From assembly GCA_016867725.1 (NCBI GenBank), contig VGIX01000001.1, positions 25,852-89,851 on the forward strand: a DNA stretch of 64,000 nt. Reading direction: 5' to 3'. Positions within the stretch are counted from its first letter, which is position 1. Each line of letters starts with the position of its first letter. Below, piece after piece: positions 49,923 to 58,093 of this stretch. A program made the position numbers and the translations under genes. The DNA is from Candidatus Effluviviaceae Genus I sp. (GTDB taxonomy: Bacteria; Joyebacterota; Joyebacteria; Joyebacterales; Joyebacteraceae). Under the pieces are notes generated by a model. That model made no database searches and was not told the DNA's origin. It was given only the letters and a program-made list of their open reading frames with translations.

Positions 49923-49951
49923 AGTGTAGCAGGCGACTCCTGGGCTGTCAA
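49923..49951 (-). promoter_or_regulatory. Promoter of rplM-rpsI(-rpsB-tsf...)
   Basis: The minus strand reads TTGACA-gcccaggagtcgcctgc-TACACT with a 17-nt spacer. The mtnA TGA stop codon is embedded in the -35 hexamer (T-TGA-CA). Confidence 0.6.
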
Positions 49952-51009
49952 GGCTCCGTCCTGCCCAGGGCGCCGACGAGGGACGCCCCGTACGGCGGCC
50001 TCAGCACGCCGCGGTCGGTCACGATCGCCGTCACGAGGTCGGCCGGGGTGACGTCGAACGCCGGGTTCCGCACCCGGACGCCCTCGGGCGCCACGCGACG
50101 CCCTCCGCAGAGGACGACCTCATCGGCGCAGCGCTCCTCGATCGGGATGTCGGCGCCCGTGGCCGCCGTCGGATCGATCGTCGAGTACGGGGCCGCCACG
50201 TAGAAGGGCACGCCGTACCGCATCGCGGCGATGGCCAGCGGCAGCGTGCCGACCTTGTTCGCGACGTCGCCGTTGTGGGCGATCCGGTCGGCGCCGACGA
50301 TCACGAGCGACACCGCGCCGCCGGCGATCGCCGAGGCCGCCGCGCCGTCGCACTGCACCGTGACGTCGATGCCCCTCGCCTGAAGCTCCCACGCGGTGAG
50401 CCGCGCCCCCTGCAGGAGCGGCCGGGTCTCGTCGGCGAGCACGCGAACGCGCTTCCCCTCGGCCGCCGCGGCGTAGACGACGGCGAGCGCGGTGCCGTCG
50501 CCGGCCGTTGCGAGCGCGCCGGCGTTGCAGTGCGTGAGGACCGTGTCCCCGTCAGCGATGAGACACGCGCCGTGCGCGCCGATCCTCCCGCAGAGCTCGC
50601 GGTCCTCCTCCATCACGGCGACGGCCTCCTCGACGAGCGCCGCGCGCGCCGCGTCCGGGCCGCCCGCGGCGGAGCGCCTGAGCGCCGCGCGCATCCTCTC
50701 CACGGCCCAGCGCAGGTTCACCGCGGTCGGCCGCGTGGACTCGAGAGCGCGCGCGGCCTCCTCGACGTCCCGCGCAAGGCCCACGGCGTCCGGCGCGCGG
50801 CTCTCCAGGGCCGCCAGCGCCACGCCGAGCGCGGCCGCGACGCCGATGGCCGGCGCTCCCCGGATCGCGAGCCGCGAGATCGCGTCCGCCACGACGCGGT
50901 GGTCGCGCGTCTCGACGAACGCGAGTTCGTCCGGAAGCCGCGTCTGGTCCACGAACCTCACGCGGTCCCCAAGCCACTCGATGGTCCTCACGGGAAGTGG
51001 TCCCGGCAT
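49948..51009 (-). CDS. mtnA: S-methyl-5-thioribose-1-phosphate isomerase
   Basis: 353 aa, eIF-2B alpha/beta/delta family: RGAPAIGVAAA, HCNAGALATAGDGTALAVV, ETRPLLQGARLTAWEL, GADRIAHNGDVANKVGT. Confidence 0.9.
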   Translation of the reverse strand: MPGPLPVRTIEWLGDRVRFVDQTRLPDELAFVETRDHRVVADAISRLAIRGAPAIGVAAALGVALAALESRAPDAVGLARDVEEAARALESTRPTAVNLRWAVERMRAALRRSAAGGPDAARAALVEEAVAVMEEDRELCGRIGAHGACLIADGDTVLTHCNAGALATAGDGTALAVVYAAAAEGKRVRVLADETRPLLQGARLTAWELQARGIDVTVQCDGAAASAIAGGAVSLVIVGADRIAHNGDVANKVGTLPLAIAAMRYGVPFYVAAPYSTIDPTAATGADIPIEERCADEVVLCGGRRVAPEGVRVRNPAFDVTPADLVTAIVTDRGVLRPPYGASLVGALGRTEP

Positions 51010-51019
51010 CGATCCTCCG

Positions 51020-51628
51020 TCAGCCCGGCGCCGCTCCGAGCTCCCGAAGAAGCGACAGGAGCCGCACCACGGGAAGCCCCACGACGTTGTAGAAGCAGCC
51101 GTCCACGCGCTCCACGAGAGCCGCCCCGCACTCCTGGATCGCGTACGCGCCCGCCTTGTCCAGCGGCTCGCCGCCGGCGACGTAGGCGTCGATCTCGCGA
51201 CCGGTCAGGTCGCGAACGAGCACCCGCGTGCGCTCGAACCCGGACACGACGGCGCCGTCCGAGCACCGCACGAGCGCGATCCCGGTGTACACCTCGTGCC
51301 ACCGGCCGCTGATGGTCCGCAGCATCCGGGCCGCGTCCGCCGGGCCTTCCGGCTTGCCGAGCAGGGCTCCGTCGAGCACGACGATCGTGTCGGCGCCGAG
51401 CACGGTGCCGCGGTCGCGCCCGCGCGCGGAGGCGTCGGCCTTGGCGCGGGCGAGTCTGACGACGTGCTCGGCCGGCGTCTCCCCCGCGGCCGCGTCCTCG
51501 GGAATGCCGGTCGGGTCCACGACGAAGTCGAGCTCGAGGCCTTCGAGGATCCTCCGTCGCCTGGGTGACGCCGAGGCGAGCACGAGCGGCGGCTCATCCA
51601 CGAGATCGCTCACGAACCCGCAGGACAC
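51020..51628 (-). CDS. maf: Maf-like nucleoside triphosphate pyrophosphatase
   Basis: Track ORF 51020..51877. The Maf core is LVLASASPRRRRILEGL...GADTIVVLDG...GKP...DKAGAYAIQ. The start is placed at GTG 51628, just after the dtd stop with GGAGG upstream. GTG 51613 is an alternative. Confidence 0.85.
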   Translation of the reverse strand: MSCGFVSDLVDEPPLVLASASPRRRRILEGLELDFVVDPTGIPEDAAAGETPAEHVVRLARAKADASARGRDRGTVLGADTIVVLDGALLGKPEGPADAARMLRTISGRWHEVYTGIALVRCSDGAVVSGFERTRVLVRDLTGREIDAYVAGGEPLDKAGAYAIQECGAALVERVDGCFYNVVGLPVVRLLSLLRELGAAPG

Positions 51629-51638
51629 GCGGCCTCCG

Positions 51639-52097
51639 TCATGAGGGGTCGCGCCCCTCTCTGCTGTCCACGACGAGCGTGACCGGCCCGTCGTTCTCGA
51701 GCGCGAGCAGCATGTGGGCGCCGAACCTGCCGGTCTCCACCGGAAGCCCCTCGCCCCTGAGGAGCTCGACGAAGCGCTCGTACAGCGCCCGCCCCTCCTC
51801 GGCGCCCGCCGCGGCGGCGAAGCTCGGGCGCCTCCCACGGCGGCAGTCGGCAAGGAGCGTGAACTGCGAGACGACAAGCGCGGCCCCTCCCGTCTCGAGC
51901 GCCGAGAGGTTCATCTTCCCCGCGCCGTCGTCGAAGATCCTCAGGCCCGCGACCCTGGACGCGAGCCGCGCCGCGTCGTCGGCGGTGTCGCCGAGCGCGA
52001 CGCCGAGCAGGACGACGAGTCCGTGGCCTATGGCGGCGACCGCCTCGCCCCCGACCGTTACGGCGCCAGAGCGCACCCGCTGGACCACCGCCCTCAC
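51639..52097 (-). CDS. dtd: D-aminoacyl-tRNA deacylase
   Basis: Track ORF 51639..52523. The Dtd core starts at GTG 52097: [18 protein letters not shown]...[11 protein letters not shown]...GRRPSF...152 aa. The start overlaps the rel stop (GTGA). Confidence 0.9.
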   Translation of the reverse strand: MRAVVQRVRSGAVTVGGEAVAAIGHGLVVLLGVALGDTADDAARLASRVAGLRIFDDGAGKMNLSALETGGAALVVSQFTLLADCRRGRRPSFAAAAGAEEGRALYERFVELLRGEGLPVETGRFGAHMLLALENDGPVTLVVDSREGRDPS

Positions 52098-54250
52098 GGC
52101 TCCTCCCTCGGGCGCGAGGTCGCCGACTCCCCGGTACCGCGCCTCCGCTCGACGCCCCGCACGCCCCGGACCGCCGACACCGCTCGAAGGAGCTTCCTCA
52201 GCCTGTGGAGGTTGCCCACCTCGACGTCGAAGCGCGCCACCGCCAGCCCGTCCTCCGACGCGAGCGTGGCCGACGAGACCTCGACGCCCTGGTCCGAGAT
52301 GGCCTTGGAGACGTCGGCGAGGAAGTCGCGGCGGGGAGAACCCGTGACGACGAAGCCGGCTGGGAACGTCTGCCCCTGCCTGACGTCCCACTCGACCTTG
52401 ATCCTGTGGTCCTCGTCCACGCTGGGGGCGAAGGTGTTGGGGCAGTCCACGCGATGGACCGAGACGCCCCGGCCGCGCGTGATGATCCCCACGATCTGGT
52501 CCCCGGGCAGCGGCTGGCAGCACCTGGCGAAGTGGATCATGACGTCGCTGATCCCGTCGAGTCTGATGCCCGCGTCGCGACGGACGACGCGCCGCGCGAT
52601 GCGGCCCACGATGCCGGCCGGGCGCTCCGCCTCGGGTCGGAGGCGTCGCGCCAGGTCGGTCACGCCGACCTCGCCGCGTCCCACGGCGGCCGCGAGCTCC
52701 TGCGCGCCGTCGAGTCCGAAGCTCTGCGCCACGTCGTCGAGCGCGACGTCCCTGGCGGCCGGCCCGGCCTTCCGGATCTCCCGGTCGATGATCCGCCGGC
52801 CGAGCACGACGCTCTCGCCGTCGGCCTGGATCCTCAGGAAGTGCCTGATCCTGCTCTTCGCCCGCGACGTCGCGACCTGGTTCAGCCAGTCGCGGCTGGG
52901 CCGGGCCGAGTCGGACCTGATGATCTCCACGGTGTCACCGCTCTCGAGCGCGTGCCTGATCGGCACGAGCCGCCCGTTCACCCGCGCGCCCGCGCACGAG
53001 TTGCCGACGTCGGTGTGCACGGCGTAGGCGAGGTCGAGCGGCGTGGCCCCCTTCGGCAGCTCCTTCACGTCGCCCTTGGGCGTGAACACGAAGATCTCGT
53101 CGCGGTACAGGTCCACCTTGAGCGCTTCGAGGAACTCGGACGCTTCGGTGACGTCCACGTTGCCCTCGAGGAGCTGCCTCACCCACGCGAGACGCCTTCT
53201 CAGGAGCTCGTCCCCCGCCCGCCCCTCCTTGTACGCCCAGTGCGCTGCGATGCCGACCTCCGCCTGCTCGTGCATCTCGGGCGTGCGGATCTGGATCTCC
53301 ACCAGCCGGCGCCGCGGCCCCAGCACGGTCGTGTGGAGTGACCGGTACCCGTTGGCCTTCGGCGAGGCGACGTAGTCCTTGATGAGCTCGTGGACGGGAG
53401 CGAAGAGCGTGTGCACGAGACCGAGGATTCGGTAGCAGTCGCCGATGCCGCCCGTGATGATCCTGACCGCGAAGAAGTCGTGGATCTCGTCGAGTCGCTT
53501 GCTCCGCGCGAGCATCTTCCGGCGGAGGCTCGACAGGTGCTTCACCCGCCCCGAGATCTGCGCTTCCACGCCCTCGCTCGCGAGGAGGTCGCGGATGGGA
53601 CCGGTGACCTCCGTGACGATCGCTTCGTGGTCGGCGCGCGTCGCGTCGACGGCCTCGCTGAGCTCGCGGTACGCCGCGGGCTCGAGCCGCATGAAGGCAA
53701 GGTCCTCGAGCTCGCGCTGGATGCGCCCCATGCCGAAGCGCCCCGCCAGCGGCGCGTAGATCTCCTGCGTCTCGCGGGAGATGCGCGCGATCTGCTCGGG
53801 CTCCAGGTGGGAGATCGTCCGCATGTTGTGGAGGCGGTCGGCGAGCTTGACGAGGATGATGCGGATGTCCCTGACCACGGAGAGGAGCATCTTGCGGAAG
53901 TTCTCCGCCTGCTCCCGCTCCCGGCTCTCGAACCGAAGGCCGGTGATCTTCGTGACGCCGTCGACGAGCTCGGCGAGTTCGTCCCCGAACCCGCGTCGCA
54001 GATCGTCGAGCGCGACGTTGCCCTGCTCGACGGCGTCGTGGAGGAGCCCGGCCGCCACGGTCGCGGAGTCGAGCCTGAGCTCGGCGAGGATGAGACCGAC
54101 CTCCTCGCAGTGAACGATGTAGTCGTCCCCGGACCTCCGCGCCTGCCCCGCGTGCGCGGCGGCGGCGAGGTCGTGCGCGCGCGCCACGAGGTCGGTCGAG
54201 AGCCTCGGGTCGAGCTCGAGAGCTCTGGCTGCGAACTCGGTTCCCGTCAT
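52094..54250 (-). CDS. rel: Long RelA/SpoT-homologue (p)ppGpp synthetase/hydrolase
   Basis: Track ORF 52094..55012. The real start is ATG 54250 ([14 protein letters not shown]...). It has an HD domain (HCEEVG...LLHDAVEQG), a synthetase domain ([42 protein letters not shown]), and TGS and ACT-like C-terminal regions. 718 aa. Confidence 0.93.
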   Translation of the reverse strand: MTGTEFAARALELDPRLSTDLVARAHDLAAAAHAGQARRSGDDYIVHCEEVGLILAELRLDSATVAAGLLHDAVEQGNVALDDLRRGFGDELAELVDGVTKITGLRFESREREQAENFRKMLLSVVRDIRIILVKLADRLHNMRTISHLEPEQIARISRETQEIYAPLAGRFGMGRIQRELEDLAFMRLEPAAYRELSEAVDATRADHEAIVTEVTGPIRDLLASEGVEAQISGRVKHLSSLRRKMLARSKRLDEIHDFFAVRIITGGIGDCYRILGLVHTLFAPVHELIKDYVASPKANGYRSLHTTVLGPRRRLVEIQIRTPEMHEQAEVGIAAHWAYKEGRAGDELLRRRLAWVRQLLEGNVDVTEASEFLEALKVDLYRDEIFVFTPKGDVKELPKGATPLDLAYAVHTDVGNSCAGARVNGRLVPIRHALESGDTVEIIRSDSARPSRDWLNQVATSRAKSRIRHFLRIQADGESVVLGRRIIDREIRKAGPAARDVALDDVAQSFGLDGAQELAAAVGRGEVGVTDLARRLRPEAERPAGIVGRIARRVVRRDAGIRLDGISDVMIHFARCCQPLPGDQIVGIITRGRGVSVHRVDCPNTFAPSVDEDHRIKVEWDVRQGQTFPAGFVVTGSPRRDFLADVSKAISDQGVEVSSATLASEDGLAVARFDVEVGNLHRLRKLLRAVSAVRGVRGVERRRGTGESATSRPREEP

Positions 54251-54291
54251 CGGAAAGCACCGCCCGCGCGGTCGCGCGTTGGGTGGAGGCC

Positions 54292-56058
54292 CTAGCCCGG
54301 CCCGGTCTGCACGTCCCTGAGGCGAAGCTGCAGGCCCGTCACGCCGCGCCAGGTGTTCTCCTCGAGCACGAAGGCGAGGGACACGGTGCCGCCTCCGGCG
54401 CGGAGGTCGGCGAGGGCGTCCGCCATGCCGAAGCCGATGGCGTCCATGACTCGGTCTCCCTGCGCCACCGTCATCTTGAGGTGCCCGTTCCCGACCGAGC
54501 GCGCCGAGACGAGCTTCACGCCCGTCGCACCCAGCACGGGCTCGGGGTTGCCGACGCCGAAGGGGCGCATGCCGGCCATGAGCCTCACGAGCTCGAAGTC
54601 GCACTCGTCGAGCGAGACGATGGCATCCACGTCCACGACGGGAACGAGGTCGGCCGGCGTGAGCGAGCGCGACACGGCGGCTTCGATGCAGGAGGAGAAC
54701 TCGTCGAGGCGGCCCTCGGCCAGCGAGACGCCGGCGGCGTGGCGGTGTCCCCCGAAGCTGTCGAGGCAGTGCCGGCACTCGGCGAGCGCGGCGTGGAGGT
54801 CGAAGCCCGGGATGCTCCGGCCCGATCCCTTGCAGGCGCCGTCGGCCACGGACAGCAGGATCGTCGGCCGGTTGTGGAGCTTCGCGATGCGCGAGGCCAC
54901 GATCCCGATGACGCCGGGGTGCCACTCGGAGGACCAGAGAACGATGGAGAGCCGGCTGTCCAGGAGCGAGGACTCGTCGATCATGCGCGTCGCCTGATCG
55001 AGCACGCGGCACTCGAGCTCCCTGCGCCTCCGGTTCTCGAGGTCCAGCTGCTTCGCCATCGCCGCGGCCTTCGCGCTGTCGTCGGTCGTGAGCAGCTCCA
55101 CGCCGATCCGGGCGTCACCGAGGCGACCGGCGGCGTTGAGCCGCGGGCCGAGGGCGAAGCCGATGTGGGAGGCCCGGGCCCCGAGCGACTCGACGCCCGC
55201 CACGTCCATGAGCGCGCGCAGCCCGGCGTTGGAGGTCACGCGCAGCCGCTCGAGGCCGAGCGTCGTGAGCACGCGGTTCTCGGACACGAGCGGCACGATG
55301 TCGGCGACGGTGCCGATGGCGACGAGGTCGAGGCTCTCCTCGACGGTGTAGGCGACGTCCCGGTAGTCCCGCGCGAGCGCCTCCATGACCTTGAACGCGA
55401 CTCCGACGCCGGCAAGGTCCTTGAACGGATAGCGCGAGTCCTTCCGCTTGGGATCCACGACGGCCAGCGCGGGGGGCAGGTCGTCCTGCGGCTCGTGGTG
55501 GTCGATGACGATCGAGTCGATCCCGAGCGACCGGGCCATGCCGATCTCGTCGTGCCCGGTGACGCCGCTGTCCACGGTCACGATGAGGTCCGCCCCGAAG
55601 TCCCTCGCCGCGAGGACGCCGCCCTCCGAGAGCCCGTACCCCTCGATCAGACGGTTGGGGATGTAGTAGCCGACGGAAGCGCCGGCCGACTCGAGGCAGC
55701 GCTTGACGAGCACGACCGACGTGATGCCGTCGACGTCGTAGTCGCCGCAGACGAACACGCGCCCCCGCCGGTCGATGGCCTCGCGAAGGCGCGCGAGGGC
55801 GGGCTCGAGGTCGGGCAGATCCTCCGGGTCGCACAGCGTCGCGCGGTCCGGGGAGAGGAAGGCGCGGGCCTCCGCCTCCGTCGCGATGCCGTGGGTGACG
55901 AGCACCGAGGCGAACGCCGTCGGCACGCCCATCTCCGCCGCGAGGGCGCGCGCCGACTCCGAGACGCCGCCGTCCGGGAGCCTCCACTTCGTCCTCGATT
56001 GCGCGACCTCGCTGAGCCGGGGCGGCGAAGCCGCCGCACGCTCCGGTGACCGTGTCAT
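54292..56058 (-). CDS. recJ: Single-stranded-DNA-specific exonuclease RecJ
   Basis: Track ORF 54292..56142. The likely start is ATG 56058. DHH motifs are present (VFVCGDYDVDGITS, IVTVDSG, VIDHHEP), along with DHHA1 GGHRHAAG. Confidence 0.92.
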   Translation of the reverse strand: MTRSPERAAASPPRLSEVAQSRTKWRLPDGGVSESARALAAEMGVPTAFASVLVTHGIATEAEARAFLSPDRATLCDPEDLPDLEPALARLREAIDRRGRVFVCGDYDVDGITSVVLVKRCLESAGASVGYYIPNRLIEGYGLSEGGVLAARDFGADLIVTVDSGVTGHDEIGMARSLGIDSIVIDHHEPQDDLPPALAVVDPKRKDSRYPFKDLAGVGVAFKVMEALARDYRDVAYTVEESLDLVAIGTVADIVPLVSENRVLTTLGLERLRVTSNAGLRALMDVAGVESLGARASHIGFALGPRLNAAGRLGDARIGVELLTTDDSAKAAAMAKQLDLENRRRRELECRVLDQATRMIDESSLLDSRLSIVLWSSEWHPGVIGIVASRIAKLHNRPTILLSVADGACKGSGRSIPGFDLHAALAECRHCLDSFGGHRHAAGVSLAEGRLDEFSSCIEAAVSRSLTPADLVPVVDVDAIVSLDECDFELVRLMAGMRPFGVGNPEPVLGATGVKLVSARSVGNGHLKMTVAQGDRVMDAIGFGMADALADLRAGGGTVSLAFVLEENTWRGVTGLQLRLRDVQTGPG

Positions 56059-56083
56059 GACCGTCGTCCTGGTGTGTCCTGGG

Positions 56084-56475
56084 GCAGAGAGCAGGCCGTA
56101 AGCCGAGTTCTGTCGGAAGGGATGACCTTCCGTGGCGGTCATTCATCTGGGACGCCGGTTGCCCGGCGCCTCGAGCGACCTACCCGAGAGTCATAGCGAA
56201 GCGGGCCGCTTCTCCTCTCCTACTTGGTCTCGCTCCGGGTGGGGTTTTCCAAGCTGCCCCCGTCGCCGGGAGCACTGGTGAGCTCTTACCTCACCTTTTC
56301 ACCCTTGCCGGGAGCCCCGGAGGGGCCCCTTAGGCGGTTTCCCTTTCTGTGGCACTTTCCTTGGGATCGCTCCCACTGGGAGTTGCCCAGCACCCTGCCC
56401 TGCGGAGCTCGGACTTTCCTCGGGACGGCCGAAGCCGAACCCGCGACCGCCTGGTCTCCTCCCCGCCCCCTGGCC
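56084..56475 (-). ncRNA. rnpB: RNase P RNA, bacterial type A (ends approximate)
   Basis: The reverse complement contains GAGGAAAGTCCGAGCTCCGCAGGGCAGGGTGCTGGGCAACTCCCAG, ...AAGGGTGAAAAGGTGAGGTAAGAGCTCACCAG..., and ...CCCAGATGAATGACCGCCAC...GACAGAACTCGGCTTACGG. These are the universally conserved CR-I to CR-V regions. Confidence 0.9.
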
Positions 56476-56512
56476 TTGACTGTGGCGGCCGGCGCGCCGG
56501 CACGCCTGCGTT

Positions 56513-57109
56513 TCACCCGCGGCGGCGCGCCCCCAATCGGGCGAGCCGGTCCGCGCGGGCGTTCTTCTCTCGTGGGATCGCCTCGAACCTGACGTCGTCG
56601 AGCCGCGAGATGAGCGCCTCGACCTTGAGGAAGGCGTCGAGGAGGCCGGGGTGCCGCACCTTGTATCGGCCGCTGAGCTGGCGGGCGATGAGCTCGCTGT
56701 CGAGTCGGACGCGCACGCGTCTGGCTCCCAGCGCGACGGCCCTCGACAGCCCGAGCCGGACCGCCTCGTACTCGGCGGCGTTGCTGGTCGCGTGCCCGAT
56801 GTGCCGGTGGATCTCCTCAACGATGCCGCCCGAGGCGTCGGCGATGACGACCCCGGCGCCTGACGGACCCGGGTTGCCCGACGAGGCGCCGTCCGTGTGC
56901 AGGACCAGCTCCTCGTGCGTCCCCGCCCGCCGCGCGCGTCGCCCGCCGGTGGCCTCGGCGACCGGCGGCGCCTCGCGCTCGGGGCGTTCGCCGAGCCTCG
57001 CCGCGATCTTCGCCACGCCCGCCAGGAAGCTCTCCGCACGGCGCTCGTCGATGCCGGCGCCGGCTGCCGCCGCCTTCCAGCCAGTCCCGTCGAGGATGGA
57101 CAGGATCAC
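56513..57109 (-). CDS. RNase HI-like (type 1 RNase H fold) protein with a ~60-aa N-terminal region
   Basis: Track ORF 56513..57271. The start is placed at GTG 57109, after the upstream stop at 57123. The core reads LVLHTDGASSGNPGPSGAGVVI...ATSNAAEYEAVRLGL...DSELIARQL...REKNARADRLA. Confidence 0.8.
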   Translation of the reverse strand: MILSILDGTGWKAAAAGAGIDERRAESFLAGVAKIAARLGERPEREAPPVAEATGGRRARRAGTHEELVLHTDGASSGNPGPSGAGVVIADASGGIVEEIHRHIGHATSNAAEYEAVRLGLSRAVALGARRVRVRLDSELIARQLSGRYKVRHPGLLDAFLKVEALISRLDDVRFEAIPREKNARADRLARLGARRRG

Positions 57110-57122
57110 CCGCTCCTCCGAC

Positions 57123-57842
57123 CTACCCACCGCCCCCCTCCCCCCTCCACGACAGGATCCGCCCGCACCCCTCACAGAGCCTGAACTGCTGCCCGCGCCG
57201 CACCTCGATGATGGTCTGCTGCGGAAGCCGCATGTGACACCCCGAACAGGTGCCGTTCTCGATCGCGGCAACGGCCGTGTCTCCCTTGCTTGCGAGGATC
57301 CTCTCGTATCTCGCGAGCGTCGTGGGGTCCACGCGCTTCGAGGTCCTGAGGCGCTCGTCGCGCTTCACGGCGACGTCATCGCCGGCGGCCTCGAGCTGCT
57401 TCGTCAGCTCCTCGATGCGCCCGTCGATCGCCTGGGTCTCCCGCTCCGCGTTCGCCCTGACGGCCTCGACGTCCGCCGCAAGCCTCTCGGCGTCCTCCAT
57501 GAGCCGCAGGACGGCGTCCTCTCCCTCCGCGATGTCCCGCTTCACGAACTCGATCTCGTGCGTGAGCGCGGCGTACTCCGCGTTCGTCTTGATGATGAGC
57601 TGACGCCCGATGAGGTCGTTGCGCTTCGCCGCGAGACCGTCCAGGTCGCGCTGCCGCCGCACGAGGTCGCTGCGCGCCGCCGCCAGCTTCTCCTCGACGT
57701 CGGCGACCGCCGCGCGGAGGCGCTCCTTCTGCAGGGCAAGCTCGGAGAGCCTCCTCGGCAGCCGGGCCTTCGCCGCCTCGAGTCCGGCGAGCTCCACGTC
57801 GATCCGTTGAAGATCAAGGAGCGCTTCGAGCACCTCGCGCAC
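57123..57842 (-). CDS. COG1579-type coiled-coil protein with a C-terminal C4 zinc ribbon
   Basis: 239 aa. The first ~190 aa are a heptad-rich coiled coil, followed by CSGCHMRLPQQ...RLCEGCGRIL. Confidence 0.8.
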   Translation of the reverse strand: MREVLEALLDLQRIDVELAGLEAAKARLPRRLSELALQKERLRAAVADVEEKLAAARSDLVRRQRDLDGLAAKRNDLIGRQLIIKTNAEYAALTHEIEFVKRDIAEGEDAVLRLMEDAERLAADVEAVRANAERETQAIDGRIEELTKQLEAAGDDVAVKRDERLRTSKRVDPTTLARYERILASKGDTAVAAIENGTCSGCHMRLPQQTIIEVRRGQQFRLCEGCGRILSWRGEGGGG

Positions 57843-57873
57843 GGGCCTGCCTCCGCGCCTATCGAAGCGTTGG

Positions 57874-57950
57874 TGGTGGGCGATACTGGACTTGAACCAG
57901 TGACCTCCGGTATGTGAGACCGGCGCTCTAACCAGCTGAGCTAATCGCCC
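57874..57950 (-). tRNA. tRNA-Val (anticodon CAC), CCA encoded
   Basis: Reverse complement gggcgattagctcagctggttagagcgccggtctcacataccggaggtcactggttcaagtccagtatcgcccacca. It has a 7-bp acceptor stem and anticodon loop CTCACAT. Confidence 0.9.
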
Positions 57951-57967
57951 GACCGCAATGCAGCCGC

Positions 57968-58042
57968 TGGTGGGCCCACTCGGATTCGAACCAAGGACCT
58001 ACGGATTATGAGTCCGCTGCTCTACCGCTGAGCTATGGGCCC
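57968..58042 (-). tRNA. tRNA-Met (anticodon CAT; elongator-type G1:C72, and Ile2/lysidine identity is not excluded)
   Basis: Reverse complement gggcccatagctcagcggtagagcagcggactcataatccgtaggtccttggttcgaatccgagtgggcccacca. Confidence 0.88.
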
Positions 58043-58053
58043 GGGCCCGACGC

Positions 58054-58083
58054 AGTCTAGCACGGCCCCGTCGTCGGTGTCAA
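58054..58083 (-). promoter_or_regulatory. Promoter of the tRNA-Met/tRNA-Val unit
   Basis: The minus strand reads TTGACA-ccgacgacggggccgtgc-TAGACT (18-nt spacer). The -10 ends about 11 nt before the mature tRNA-Met 5' end, and the element starts 11 nt after the rpoD stop. Confidence 0.6.
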
Positions 58084-58093
58084 CCCGACGACG

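Noticed and set aside
57868-57876. Genomically encoded CCACCA after the tRNA-Val acceptor stem, reminiscent of the CCACCA degradation tag.
   Set aside because: The second CCA is most simply just the first three trailer nucleotides, which 3' processing would remove. There is no other evidence of significance.
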